Assembly (NCBI GenBank): GCA_903813345.2
Contig: CAIIXF020000001.1
Span: 34,100,001 to 34,164,000, forward strand
Direction of reading: 5' to 3'
DNA: 64,000 nucleotides
Source of the DNA: Owenia fusiformis
Lineage: Eukaryota
The notes under the pieces were generated by a model. The model saw nothing but the letters and a program-made list of their open reading frames with translations, was not told the origin of the DNA and ran no database searches. Position 1 is the first letter of the stretch. Each line of letters begins with the position of its first letter. Below, piece after piece: positions 1 through 13,824 of this stretch. The position numbers and the translations under genes are program-made.

Positions 1-621
1 CAACCCTTCCTATTTTGAAGATAATCATGTGATTGTAAGATACTAGGAATATGGGTGTTATTACTCTAGAACTGTTCTGCAGGGGGTCTTTTGGAGATTG
101 ATAAATCAATATAGGGTTTTTATACAATTTAACGGCTAAATATATTAGAAATAAGAAATATTTAAAATGTGCCTGTGGGATTTTTTGAAATGTCAATATA
201 TTAACTATAGAAATCTACAATATTAGGAAATTGTATAGTAGACTTTTTGATAAAAGGACATTTTAATAAAGCCATATTGATAGCGGTTTATAATGGCAGC
301 CAATGGAGATTTTCCAAAATTCAAACGCCAATATCTTTTGAACTAGGCAAAAGAAAAAAACATCCCTTCTTATTTTGAAGATAATCATGTTATTGTAAGA
401 ATCTAGTAATATGGGCTTTATTACTTTAGAACTGTTCTGCAGGGGGTCCTTTGAAGATTGATTAATTAACATGGAGCTCAATGTAAATGTGCAGAATTTT
501 TGAGGCCACTTTTCCCCATCACTTCGTTAGATATCAAAAATATATGTATTAATGATACTTCTGTCAAATAATGGTGCTTTATATATAGCATGTGCAATTG
601 AAGAGCTAACTGACTGCACTA
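1..621. mobile_element. Terminal part of a probable Academ-type non-autonomous DNA transposon with ~360-bp internal tandem units; left part lies outside the window
   Basis: 1-110 is repeated at 361-470 (CCCTTC.TATTTTGAAGATAATCATGT...GAACTGTTCTGCAGGGGGTC). The segment ends in CTAACTGACTGCACTA (621), a TAG-type terminus like the other Academ elements here. The partner end and TSD are not visible. Confidence 0.4.
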
Positions 622-1471
622 TACTGCATCATTACCATATTTGGATGTTCATGATAACTTTTCAAAATGGCGTTTTTAATACATCACATATTTGTACATT
701 GAAATTATTTAGGTGAAAATAGAAAGAAATACTATATTTATTATTTAGATTAGTGTACACTCGCGTTGTCTAAATAACCGATGTCATGTAGAAACTGAAA
801 AAACTTGTTGTACAGGAATATCTTGAATATTCTTTTTGTATATTCTATTCAGAAGTCATAAAATGTCATGATAATTAAAGAAAGGATCCATCGTTATCTG
901 ACCGTGTTGAGGGGTTCAATATTGTTGCTACATTTCCATTTCTTTATAGATCACTTGAGTTAGTGATTAATTGGGAATGATGGCTGCATCCTTAGTTTTC
1001 AGAAGTCATATGACTTTCGCATAAATCTTCAACGCTTTTGAAATTACCAATCGAGTTTTACTTATGTTCGAGACATCATAAGGTGTAAGGTAGTGGAAGC
1101 CACAATGTTGGTCAAAGGTTTGTTTTCGTATGTGAGTCCCGGACTTTAAAATTCTGGAGTTGGTTTTCCCAAGTACTTCCTAAACCTAGTAACGAGAGTA
1201 TTGGCTATGAGAGTTACGGTGTCTTGTGGACTTTTAAAACTAGATTTGATTATCTTATACTTTCAAACGGACTATCGCATCTAGGATCTAGATATTCTGG
1301 TTATGATGGAGAGTTAGCGTTACACAATCTCCGCATTCTGACGATGAAAAAACAAATGCCATTTTATTTGTCCCCTTGTACGATTTCTACAAATATTCAG
1401 TCTTATAGACAACAAATCTATGGTTATTTTTCAACCTGAAATATTGATTTCAGAAAATTGTGATGCATGTT

Positions 1472-3322
1472 CACGCCCGGTGATCGTGAAAATGGGACGG
1501 AGGGGGAGCAAGCAATTTCTGGTAGAAAAATGAACAAATCTGCAAAAATTATTTTTTCAAGAAAAGGTTTATGATTTAATTGCTAAACGAATAGGCGCAC
1601 GGTATGGTAAAATATGTCACGTATTCTACGAATTTTTTTAGCCGATTCTCTTCTTAGGTATAAGATCTATTAAAAAAGGCGCAACGCCACCAACGTGCAA
1701 AAGTCAATGTTTTTGCTTAAATCAAGCATCAACGGTCTACACAACCTGCAATAAATATTTGTAAGTGACAATATCATCATAAAATTAATGACCTTAATGA
1801 CTTTACAAAATATGTTTCCATACGTTGTATAAAAAATAATCGAAAATAATTAAAATGGGACGGAGGGGGGGGGGACGGAGGGGGGAGCAATATGTCTCTA
1901 AGATATGATATGAGATGTTACTTGATACTTTATATCCAGATTTTCCCATTATCTCCTCAATTAAAAAGGGTCAGGAATTGATAACATGTTGTACTTGTTA
2001 GGTTTAGTTAGAGGGGTCAAATTAAGGTTGGCAAAATATTCCAGGAGACATTCCATTTTTATCTATAAATGTTTACCTGTCTTAACGTTTTTACTTGCTG
2101 ATTTGTAGGCATATCATACACAGCACATCACCCTTTGGACATGTAAGTTTCAGCGAAAATGTAAGTTATTCACAGCGAAGTAACAATCTACTTGATATTA
2201 ATTATGCGATATATTTTAATTATGCAGAATTGAATAAATACAAGAAGCTCACGCGTCTCCAACTCACCTGATGGCTATGACGTCTTTGTCTAGCTGAGAT
2301 TCTGGCGCTGTAGACTGCTCGGCCAACTGGCAATGCCAAAAAAACAGAGAATTTACACTTAATAGTCTGCTAGGAATGTTCCCAGTGAATGTGCCACATT
2401 CATGCCATGGGTGCAACCCCTATTACACAATTTGTTAATTATTTGAAAATTGTTTTGTGTGCTTATTAAATCAGTAAGCCATATCTCATCCGGTTTCCAT
2501 TGGGACAGGCTCAAATCGTTCTGATATCAATGTTTTTGCATGCTCAAGATTCTCTATTTTGAAGAAATACTAATGCATTGTCAATGTATGTTAATATTTT
2601 CATTGACCACATAACTTTAAATCTAAGCAATATATGCAAAGTACATTTCAGTATTTGGCGTAATAGGCGATGTGCCCATGGTATGATTGGGTACACTAAT
2701 TGGAAAACTTCCTGGCAGATTATTTAGTCTAAATTCTACATCTGCTGAAGACCAACATAATCAAAAATATTAACATATACTAGATATCTGGTAGTGAAAC
2801 AACTTTAGTAACTGCTTACTCGAAAACTTGCATGTCCAAATAGAAATATGATGCGATGTCTACATTTTTATGATAAGTCTTCAAAAAATAAAAACTATTA
2901 TACACATGAAAAGATAAACGCTCTCCTCCAAGATTTTGATAATCCTAAATAAATCTAACTACGAATACAACTTGTTATCAATTCCTAACCCATTGTAATT
3001 GAGGAGAAAATGGGAAAATTTGGATATAAAGTGAAGTAACATCTCTCATCATGTCGTATAGACATTTTGCTCCCTCCCCCCTCCGTCCCCTCCCCCCTCC
3101 GTCCCATTTTAATTATTTTCGATTATTTTTTATACGACGTATGGAAACGTATTTTGCAAAGTCATTAAGGTCATTAATTTTATGATGATAATGTCACTTA
3201 CAAATATTTATTGCAGGTTGTGTAGACCGTTGAAAAAAATAATTTTTGCAGATTTGTTCATTTTTCTACCAGAAATTGCTTGCTCCCCCCCCTCCGTCCC
3301 ATTTTCACGACCACCGGGCGTG
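1472..3322. mobile_element. Non-autonomous palindromic (foldback) DNA transposon with CAC...GTG termini and 5-bp TSD; Transib-like
   Basis: Left end CACGCCCGGTGATCGTGAAAATGGGACGGAGGG, right end CCCTCCGTCCCATTTTCACGACCACCGGGCGTG. ATGTT flanks both sides (1467-1471, 3323-3327). Inverted similarity continues inward to ~2430/~2655. Confidence 0.8.
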
Positions 3323-3599
3323 ATGTTAACTACCTGACCTGTAAAGAACTCATATGTCCAAAAATATGCCTGCACCGAAAGCAATATAGAAGATGATATG
3401 CTAGAATAAAACATAAGGCCCGTCATGTCCAATGTTTTTTCCCTGCGTTGTAGCATTCAAAAAAACATTTTTGAAACTAAAAAAAGTTTAACAGATCACA
3501 TTTTGGTCACATTTGGTAAGACTACGATATAAGCCAAAGTGGTTTTAGCTTTATATAGGCCAATGATAATTAAAAATAATGATTAAAAATGTTTCTTTA

Positions 3600-4390
3600 T
3601 ATATAGAATGAGCAATTCTAAGGTTTAATTCCCATAACTGACTCCACTGAGAATGTATTCAAATGTAAAACTTCTTAAAATGTAAAAATACTACCGTTTT
3701 GAATGAAAATAAACTCTTCCAATAGTGATAGGACCTTAGTGCACCCATGCCATCCCAAGGACCTTGATGGAGCTGGTAACACAGTATAATGCAGCGATAT
3801 TTGACGTAATATTAACATACTGGACATGTGTTGACATGTCCAGTATTGTTTTCTATTATATCCGTTCAATATTCTTCGGGATTTTGAGGTGAATGATGTG
3901 TGTCATTAGCAGGGGTCAAAAATATTAGTAACAACTAAAATTCCACTTTCTTCAATTTGAAGCACAAAATGATACAGAAAATTACATGAAATGAATTTTG
4001 AATGCATGTTTTAGGTTTCTCAGTTATAAATGGGATGTTATTTTTCTTAAAAGTACAAACATGTAATCAGTACATCAACATTTTGAATTGTTTCTTCTTT
4101 TATATTTTGCGCCTAGTTAAATAAATTACTCAGTTGTTTATAAAACAACCACCAAGATCGAATTCAAAAAAATGGTTTTGATTTTCAGAAAAAATGTGAC
4201 AACTAGCAGTAATGCCAAAAAAAGATTTATTTAATCATCAGAAAATATAAATGTGATGATATGCAGCAAGAACGAAGAGAGAGAAATGTAAGGCTTATTT
4301 TATAAGCCTCTTATCGACTATTAGACATGCCCTCTGAATATATATATACGTGTCAATACCTCTATAACATTGAAATATACACATTTATTT
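3600..4390 (+). repeat. Diverged interspersed repeat
   Basis: 3615-3765 matches 24595-24750 (AAATAAACTCTTCCAA.AGTGATAGGACCTTAGTGCACCCATGCCAT). 3768-4390 is a diverged, internally deleted relative of the Academ MITE at 4460-5855 (GGAGCTGGTA...GCAGCGATATTTGAC). Confidence 0.55.
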
Positions 4391-4459
4391 ATATAAAGTA
4401 CTATTTAGTACCCCACACAAGTTTTGGTAATAACTTTGTGTCTTGATTTGAACAATTTA

Positions 4460-5855
4460 TAGTCCTTGGTATGAAATCTCTAGGACGTCTAATAAAGGAG
4501 CTGGTAGCAAACTATAGCGCAGCGATATTTGACCTTACATTACATACCTACATATGCCTACATATACCTACATATGTTCCCTAATAATATATAACCGTTT
4601 AATATACTTCCGGCTTTTAGGCTGAATTATGCCTGCCATTAACAGAGGTCAAAAAATTACCAAAAAATAAAATCCCTATTTTTCACAATTTGGAGTACAC
4701 AATGCAACAGAAAATAATACAAAATGATTTTAAATATATGATTTAGGTTTCTAAGCTATACGTTTGAGGTTATTTGCCTTATCAATACCAAAACTTAATA
4801 ACAGTAATCACAGTATCGACGTTTTGTATTGTTTCTCAGATATTAATAAGATAAATGCTACAAATGAAACACTTTTATATTAAAATGACAAATGCTTAAA
4901 TTATGCTAGTTTTTCACAAAATGGGTCTCAATACGTTCTGAGATATGGACTTTTATTCAGCGGTGAACATTATCAATAAAGGAGGGGCTATTGCTCTTCC
5001 TTGACTAATTGGGACTACAGCTAAACTTATATTTCTCGTAGTTAGATATAGCTCAGTTGCTTATAAAACCACCATCAAGACTTGGTCGAATTCATGAATA
5101 ATTGAGAAAAATCGTTATCATTATCTTCCTAAATTTTGATTGTATCCAGCGGTAAGGTCAAAGAAGAAACAACCATCAGAAAATTGATGGTAGCCAGCAG
5201 TAACGTCTAGGAAGAATTGTAAGGCGTCCGATTGCAAATTACTCTAATTGATTATTAGACATGCCCTTGGAATATATGAACATTCCAATACCTCTGTGAC
5301 ATTTAATTAGATATAAATCTTACCTATTTGTTATTGTATTATGTTTGATAAAACATGGACAATAATTTGTTGTTTGACCCCTTGCGATTATATGGAAAAA
5401 TTCTGGTAATAAAATGTTTTAAATGGTAAGAAAACTAAGATGTTCCCAATCATAAATTACCTAAATATTCCACACAATTTTGTTGAATCTGCTTGGCTCA
5501 TATTTGAAAAATCAAACAAAATCTGAAAACACACACTTGTGTAATTACACTAATTAAACACCAACATCTACAGTAAAATTATAGTATATTTTTATACTAT
5601 GATAATCTTTTTTTGTCCGTATGCTTAGAATAACGGCCTGTGTCTTATAAAATGTACAAAAGTTCGAATCAAAATATTTACGTTTTTTACCCCTTGTGAT
5701 GAAAGGCATTTTTCGACTCGAAAGCCGGAAGTTTTTTCAGCAAATGGTATTTTAAAAGAATCATGACATATGCACCTCCATAAATATTGCTTCAAATGTT
5801 GGTTCGCTATAGTGTGCTACGGATCCTTCATATTCGGAAGTCATACCATGGACTA
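4460..5855 (+). mobile_element. Non-autonomous Academ-type DNA transposon, copy 1
   Basis: TIRs TAGTCC(T)TGGTATGA ... TCATACCATGGACTA. 3-bp TSD TTA (4457-4459, 5856-5858). Co-linear with copy 2 at 50932-52315. TAG termini with a 3-bp TSD are the Academ signature. Confidence 0.85.
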
Positions 5856-6499
5856 TTATCCTGTGTTGTGTTATTTAAAGCCCATATTAACTAGAGACAA
5901 TTTCCAACATTGGAATTGTTTGTTTTTATTTTATTCCCTACTTTGATACATAGCGAGATATCCCCAGATATTAGGGGAGTTCTTGCTTCAAACTAAGAAA
6001 ACAATAAAGCAAGCATGAAATGAAATGCTATGGATAAGTGACAAATCAAACCAAGCAACCACATAACAACAACCTAGCAACAGCATTAAATATATTTTTG
6101 CAGACAAATACATTTTTTTGATTTGGACTGTTCATAAAGAAGAAGTATAACCATGTTCTTCAATTTTAAAATAGGTATGTTAAGTGTCCTAGCCTCTAAA
6201 CAAAGTATTTACAATGGACCGTAATGCAAACAGATGTTTGTTAGTCTATCTCAGCTTTGGTGGCGTGGAATCTTCCTTTGAAATAGCACGAGTTGTACTA
6301 AACTCTCTTAAGTTCAGTGACTCCATTATTGGTTTTAACAAATGGTGGAGCAATTGGCCTTTCTGCCTGTAAAGAGTGTATGGTTCTCTTACACATGGGT
6401 CGGTGTATTTATACACAAGATGTCCGTCTGATTGTCACCAATTTTTTCTCTTACAATAAGCACATACATTTTATATCCTCTGATCGAACCAAGTCTACA

Positions 6500-7430
6500 C
6501 CGCCCTAAACCCAAACTTATATCAAAACCAAATCACAACACAATCTGTCACAACATGTCATTCGGCATATTCAATTTATCACAACCAACCTTTTTAATAA
6601 AACACACAGCACAATAGAGCACATTGTCTTATGAACTCAACCCAATGAGACACAACTCAATACAAAACTAGCATAACATAACCTGACATAAAATTACAAA
6701 GACACAATTGACTATCAAAATAATGCAACACTATCAGGCACAGTTTAATAATTCACTAGCGAAACAAAACCAAAGCTAACCCCATTTTTGACCTGACACA
6801 ACACAACTGGGCACAAGCCCACAACAAACCATCGTAACATAATCATGCACAACCAATACAGAAAACACGGATACAACAGACAAACCAATGAAAACAATCA
6901 CAAGATTTGATACCAATACACACAATCAACTTTGTCTAACATAATGCAACACTAATCACACAGCACAATCAGGTACAACTCCATACCTCACCCGATAGGA
7001 CAAAGCCTGTCTCTGACCAGCATAACATAACCACAACATCATACTGTTACACAATTGGTAAATTAACATTCACAATGGATCACAACCCAATACCAAACTC
7101 ACATAACACAACCTGGTACAACCAGACAACCAAGTGCTTAAACACAACCGACTGTCAAACTAACAATCACAAACCAATAATAATCCAACACAACACAACC
7201 AATACAATCAAATAAAACACGACCTATCGTTGAAAAAATACAACACAACTGGGCAAAACCTAACACAAAACAATCCTAACACAATCAGGCACAGCCTAAT
7301 ACACAGCCTATAAAACACAATCAAACATAGGCACAACCGACTTACCAATCAAACTAAGCACAGCCTGTGATATCAATGTATACAAACAATTTTCTGCAAC
7401 CAGGCATAACTTGTAACAACGCCAATCACA
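6500..7430. repeat. Degenerate A/C-rich low-complexity minisatellite (ACACA/ACAAC-type units)
   Basis: About 900 bp of G-poor sequence built from ACACAAC, CACAATC and ATAAC variants; no ORF. Confidence 0.7.
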
Positions 7431-9539
7431 AAACAGCCCGATACCTTGCCCATCTTTCCAAACCTGGCACCTGACTCTGTCTCCCAGGTTTCAGGAATCA
7501 GACTGCTCACAATTTGACATGGATTAAATGACTCGATGCATGTTCATAACGGATGATGTCTCGAGATAAGTCACAACTCCCAAATATCATCGAAGTGGTC
7601 ATAACTATAGCAATTTTATGAAGCCTTTTCCCAGACCTGCCTACATACTATTATATAACCAATTTGACGTCATAAAATCAGACTTAAGAATTGTTGGTAT
7701 TAACAATTTTAATTTCTCATCACTTATTTGAACAATAACACTCAAGTAGGTCTTTATGATATTTCTGTGAATATTCTATCGGTGAACCTCTTTAAACATT
7801 TTTTCAAATGTTGCTGTGCTTATGGCTGAATCAGAGAAACAAACGAATGCTTAAGGTGGCAGATAAAAACATGTGGTTGGGTTGTTTGCATCTTCCCTGT
7901 CTCAAAGTCGAAATCATTTTATCATCTCTATGAGTGCTTTTCCTGTAAGTAATGCATTGACCTAACATCCAACATATGACTGTCCGAAATCTGTTGCGCT
8001 ACTTTCCCTCCTCCTTTATTAGACTTTGGACACTATCAGTCATCGTTCCGTCCCCCAATCGTGTCTGTAATGCCTTATCTGCACATTTAAAGGCAAACCG
8101 CTTGACATATTGATTTCAAATGTTCAGGGACGTTTCTTGTGGAAATGTAGGGACATATTAGGCTTTGGATATTCTGTGCAAATGTCAAGGCATCTATCTT
8201 GAACTTTCCTTAAATAGGCAAGCCTCGATGGACAGGATTTTAAGAAAGAAAATCCAAAATGGCAAACATTTTATTATTTCCCACAATGCTCAAAACTGAT
8301 CAATTCTAAACTTTCCGAGGTAAAATATACCTGAAATTTGGATGAATCCCCGAAACGGTTTGAAGCTGGAAACCTGAAGACAAGCATCGATAGACAAGAT
8401 TCTGGGACGGAAAATCCAAAATGGCCACCTTTACAATTACCCAGAATGCTAAAAACAAATAATCTTAAACAATCTTAGGTAGAAACATCCCTGGAATTGT
8501 TTGGCTGCAAACCTGTGCAGAAAATGGCTGTGACAATAAATGTCAGAATACTACCAGGCATACTACAAGTACCTGAAAATACTGATGTGCATGATATGAC
8601 AGTAAATGGAATTCAAGACATGCGACCTTAAGAAAATGGTTTTGAAAATATATGTCAGTTTAAATTGGGGAAACAAATATCGTACGAAAATCTATCACCG
8701 GAAGTCTGGCCATCTTGATGCAACAACACGGTGTTGTTGCATCACGATACCCCCAAGTGAGAGTCATTAACATTCCTTGACAGTGACGATGAGCAATCAA
8801 CAGATGGACCATCCGTAAATCTCGATGATTTTGTAAGCAAATTGGTGGAGAAGGCAATTAATATAATATTTCTTGATTTAAACGTTCTGTGTTATAATAC
8901 GAAAAGCTATTAAGGATTGCTTTATTACAAACTTACATGTATGCTAATCGTGTTTAAAATATTTTTCAGTTTCTGTCCGACAGTCGAAAAATCAATTTTT
9001 AGAAAAAGTTCAAATGCCTCAATCGAATCATTTGGTCTACTCAAGGGCGTTACAATACCCGGGAATTTATCGGTTCGTGCAGTACTTGTTTGTGATAGCG
9101 CCCTCTGTAGGTCACTGTGCTTAAAGGGACCCAACACCTTACAAAACTTCTTAACGGAGAGGAATAAGGGAAACTGCTTGCTGGATTCTGAATCTGTGTA
9201 TTTTTTAATGATTATTCACCGTCTTAGAATTTCAATTTTTTCTTTTGAAAAAATGAGATTTGCATTGTTTTCCAATTAGACAAATGAGTAAACATGAATA
9301 GCTCGAAATCTAACGGTGAGATTTTGTTTTAAAAAATCATGGATATCAATAAACATAAAAAAGCAATGCTTGGACTCTTCATATTCACACAAAAAATTAA
9401 TTAGTAAATGAGGTTTGATATTTGTGATATACAACTGACGCGCCGTATCAGGGGCGAAAGTTGTCAAATTGGGGTTTTCGACCCTAAAATGGATAAAAAT
9501 TAGTACGTGGGTACTGGGCTCACATGGTTTTGTTCAAAA

Positions 9540-10620
9540 GTGAATGATGGCTAAAATGACAGAAAATAAAAAACGGATATAATTTTTTTGTAACAAAATT
9601 ATTTCATACAACTATTCTTTACAAAGACATGGCTTTTTACAATGAAGGGCACCTGGAATTATTCGTAAAGCTAGGAAATGGGCCAAACGTGAATTTCACA
9701 AGACAAAAATGGTGGCAGTTTTGAAAATAGGCGAGCTTTTGAAGCAGGAGTCACAGTTTTTTTTTCTTTATTGATGCTGAACAAAAATATTCTAAAACAG
9801 GAATCCTATCTACAGAGGATTTAAAAAGAGCCAAGTGATGACAGACATTGCTTTTTAAACTTGCCACTATCTTGGACTGACTGAGAGACAGATGGACAAA
9901 TCAATGTTAACTAAAATGGCTGAAAATAAAAAAAACGGAAATGATTTTTTGCCGATGTTTTACTTTACTACTCTCTACCAGTGACATGGCTTTTACAATG
10001 CAGGACACCTGAAATTATTTCTAAAGCTAGGAAATGGGTCAAAAGTGAATTTCGCGAGAGAAAAAATGGCGGCCATTTTGAAAATAGGCGAGCTTTTGAA
10101 CCAGGAGTCATAGGGGAGTTTTCTGTATTGATGTTGAACAGAAATAACTTAAAACAGGAATCCTATCGACAGAGGTTTTAAAACGTGCCACTATTGTTGA
10201 CGGAAGTGCTTTTTTGAGTCAGATGGGCAAATCAATGTTAACTAAAATGGCTGAAAATAAAAAAAACGGATATAATTTTTTGCTGATTTTTTGTAACAAA
10301 ATTATTTCATATAAATACTCTTCACATTGACATGGATTTTAACAATGCAGGACACCTGACATTATTTGTAAAACTAGGAAATGGGTCAAAAATGAATTTC
10401 ACGAGACAAAAATGGCGGCCATCTTGAAAATAGGCGAGCTTTTGAACCAGAAGTCAGAGGGGGGTTTCCTGTATTGATGTTGAACAAAAATAACTTAAAA
10501 CGGGAATCCTATCGACAGAGGTTTTAAAACGTGCCACTATTGTTGACGGACGCACGCACGGACGCACGGACAGACAGACGGACAAGTAGGCGATTGCAAA
10601 AGCTCACCATTACAGGGGGT
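9540..10620. mobile_element. Helentron/HINE-like non-autonomous element with three ~330-360-bp tandem units
   Basis: The unit anchor CTAAAATG.C.GAAAATAAAAAA occurs at ~9551, ~9911 and ~10242. It is followed by the (GACG/GACA)n tract ACGGACGCACGCACGGACGCACGGACAGACAGACGGAC and AGCTCACC, typical of HINE ends. Confidence 0.55.
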
Positions 10621-10829
10621 ACTTTATCATCATTGAATAAATCATTCAGTTGGTCTTCATTCATCATAATAATTTTATGGGGAGTTGATTGGATCATGCT
10701 GAGGTAGAGTGTTAAGTTTCAATTCTCTGTCACTCATGGTTGCCATTGAAACCACAACTTTCATTAAAAATCCTTAATTTTGGCAAAACCTGTACATGTT
10801 GCATGGGGAGCGGGTGGGGGGGGGGAGCG

Positions 10830-11545
10830 ATTTGGAGGGGGCAGAGCTAATCAGCCTTAAGTATATCTCATTAATATAGTTCTGGATTTTCATAGGTTAC
10901 ATCTTCTTGGTCTTCTTCATTTTCATTTCAATATATATAGGTACTACATTTTACATAATTGGTGTCAAAGACCATACAATTAGATAAGTGATCAAAAGTG
11001 GGCGTCGCCCCCATAATAGTAAATGATTACCATTCTCTATAAAAACAGGGTTTAAGTAAAGTTTTCGATACATATATATATATTTATTTAATCTGAAAAC
11101 ATAGGATCAAATCCTATGCTAAGGGCTGATGTGAAAAAGACACTCCAACCTGGTGGAAATCGAACCCACAACCTCCCGATTACATGTCAGGTGCTCTACC
11201 ACTTGAGCTACGGAGCCGACTGACTCTTTCAGTGACTTAGTGACATCTGAACTTTATAGTTATTGCATGAGAGGCAGGTTGGGAGAGGGGACTAGTATTA
11301 GAAACTGGAAGGGGCAGAGTTAATCAGCTAGAAGTATAAATCTCATAATACTTCGTTCTTGATTTACTAAGGAACATACACATCGTCTAGGTCTTCTTCA
11401 TATTCATCTCAATATATAGGATATTACAATAAACATGATAGGTAAGTGTCAAAGACCAAACAATTACATAAGTGATCAAAAGTGGGAGTCATCCCAACAA
11501 CAGTATATGGTTCATTCTCCATAAACAGAGTTCAACTTGAGTTTT
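10830..11545 (+). repeat. Two diverged direct copies (~230 bp) of a repeat that also occurs inverted at ~13020-13800
   Basis: GGGGCAGAG.TAATCAGC...GTGTCAAAGACCA.ACAATTA.ATAAGTGATCAAAAGTGGG at ~10837-11060 and ~11310-11545. Reverse-complement pieces lie at 13213-13232, 13360-13420 and 13655-13775. Confidence 0.6.
11145..11217 (-). pseudogene. tRNA-like sequence (Thr-TGT-like); SINE head or tRNA pseudogene
   Basis: Minus strand GGCTCCGTAGCTCAAGTGGTAGAGCACCTGACATGTAATCGGGAGGTTGTGGGTTCGATTTCCACCAGGTTG. A and B boxes are intact and the D, anticodon and T stems pair, but the acceptor stem does not pair and U33 is A. A T5 run follows ~7 nt downstream. Confidence 0.7.
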
Positions 11546-13824
11546 AAAATCATCCAGTGATCTCCCCAGGATTTTTTTCTCGGGTGGGTACAAAATTTTC
11601 ATTTTCACAATTCAGACCCAAATTGGTCAAAATATGCCAATTTTTCATGATTTTTCTCATTTTCAGGTGGGTGCATATGGATTTTCAGATGTGTGCAAGC
11701 ATATCCCTCCCAATTATTCTGTTACTACTCCCAATCTAGGGCCTGGCATAATTTATGCAGCCTTCCTAGCACTTATACCTTCGCTAGATGAAGTAAGTGC
11801 CATGCTTTGAATCGAAGGGGCAGGGTAGCATATTTTAAAAAGATGGAGCACCATATGAGTCCCAGCTGAATGACTCTCAAATCTGCAAGTATTTAGTGGT
11901 ATTCTCTCTTAAGAGATTGTTGATATATCAATATCAGGCGATAAATCAAAAGAATGAAAATGATCAGACTATGAGAAGGCTCATCTATAGTTGTTATTGT
12001 ATTGCCATCACTAGACATTCTAATACTCATAGCATCTTTCTGTTTCAGGGCTGGGAAGAAATAAAATGTCATGGTTTATCATGATGATCATGAAAGGATT
12101 TCCCACCTTCTACACAGTAGATTTTTTCTTGGCATATTCTGGTCTTTATCATTCAATTAAGTGGAACTGGTATAGTTACTTCTTGTTTGCATCCTTATTC
12201 ATGAACTCATTCCAATCTTAAGGGACTCATGTACTACATTTGGTATTTTCTACATTTCTACATTTGATAAAGTGAGATGCCAACACCCTCTTCTTCTCTT
12301 ATCAGGTTAGTTTATAGAATTTTGGATTTAATTATCACATAATCACTCTGCTGTTAGTAGTATCTTGAAAAAAGTATTTTCTGCCAGCTCCAGAAATCAC
12401 AGTGTATGTAGAGATTATTTACTTGGAGGGATTCAATATGTTTTTTCTGAGGGACAGTATAATATTTCCTTAGGGCCTATATGGGCCCAGAGGGTAATAT
12501 TGTCACAAGGAATAAACACATTTTCAATCCATCTCATACATATATGATTACCCAAATTGTGTAGCGAGGCAATATTTTCCTCATCTCATGTGCATTTTAA
12601 AGATTACATATCTTTCATTTATAAGTCCTGCAATCATTGTGTTAGGATAAGCACAGAATACAGCAAAGTGTAGTGCTGGACACATAAAAGACTGATTAAT
12701 ATAAAAAAGCATTTATGTAAAGCCAAAATGTCTTACACCAGCAAAACCAGATAAACCAATTGAAATAGAAGTTTAGATCCCTTACTAAAACAATCAAAGA
12801 CTATGAAGGAACCGACATCAGTCTTCTTCCACCTTGTCAAGAACTTACTACAAAGCACTTATCGTGCATAGGGCCTATATTGTAAACCCTGACATTCCAG
12901 CAGGAGGCGGACACGGATGGAAACTGAATGACTCCACCATTGCATTGATTATCAAATGATATTCTCCTTCAAAAGATTGTTGATATAGCACCAGGAGATG
13001 AATCAGAAAGACTCCAGAAGATGTACAGGTATCTTGTGAAATCCAGAGCTCTGAAGATGAAATTGATACTTAATGCTGACTTGTTCCACCCCACCCCCTC
13101 CGAATTCTGTTACTACCCCCTCCCATACAATAACTATATACAGTTTATTGAGATAATTAAGAAGACCCAGAAAATACTCTATGATGAAGACCAAAATATA
13201 GGATTTATATTTAAGGCTGATTAACTCTGCCCCCACCCAATGCTGTTTCTAACCCCACCCCTCCCCATGCAATAACTATTGCACTGAGATGTACATTATT
13301 AACCAGAAATGCTTGATATAAAGTATAATCAGAGAAGTCCAATGTAAATGTATCTCAAGTCAAGTTTAACTCTGTTTTATAGAGAATAGCAATCATCTAC
13401 TAGTATGGGGCGAAATCCACTTACTTGTGTAATAATATTATTACCAAAGAGGTGTTAAACAAAATTGACGTGAAATCATTTTATGCTATTAAGTTAAGTG
13501 CTTAGTGATTGTTAAAATTAGATTGTAAGTATTGTTTTGTTTTGCCATGCATGTACATGAATGTTTTATTTGTTATTTGCTTTATTGGACTTACATCTCG
13601 ATGTACATTACATGTTCAAGAGACCAATAAACGTATTAATTAATAATAATAAATAATTGTATGTTCGTTGACACTGACCAATCATGTAAGTTGTAATATC
13701 CCATTTATTAAGATAAATATGAAGAAAACCCAGAAGATGTACCCCATGAAATCCAGAAATATGTAGATGAGATTCTTCCAATTCTTTTACTAGCTCCCCT
13801 CCCCTCTGTACCCCCCCCCCACCT

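Noticed and set aside
11145..11217. Functional tRNA-Thr gene
   Set aside because: The acceptor stem does not pair and position 33 is not U.
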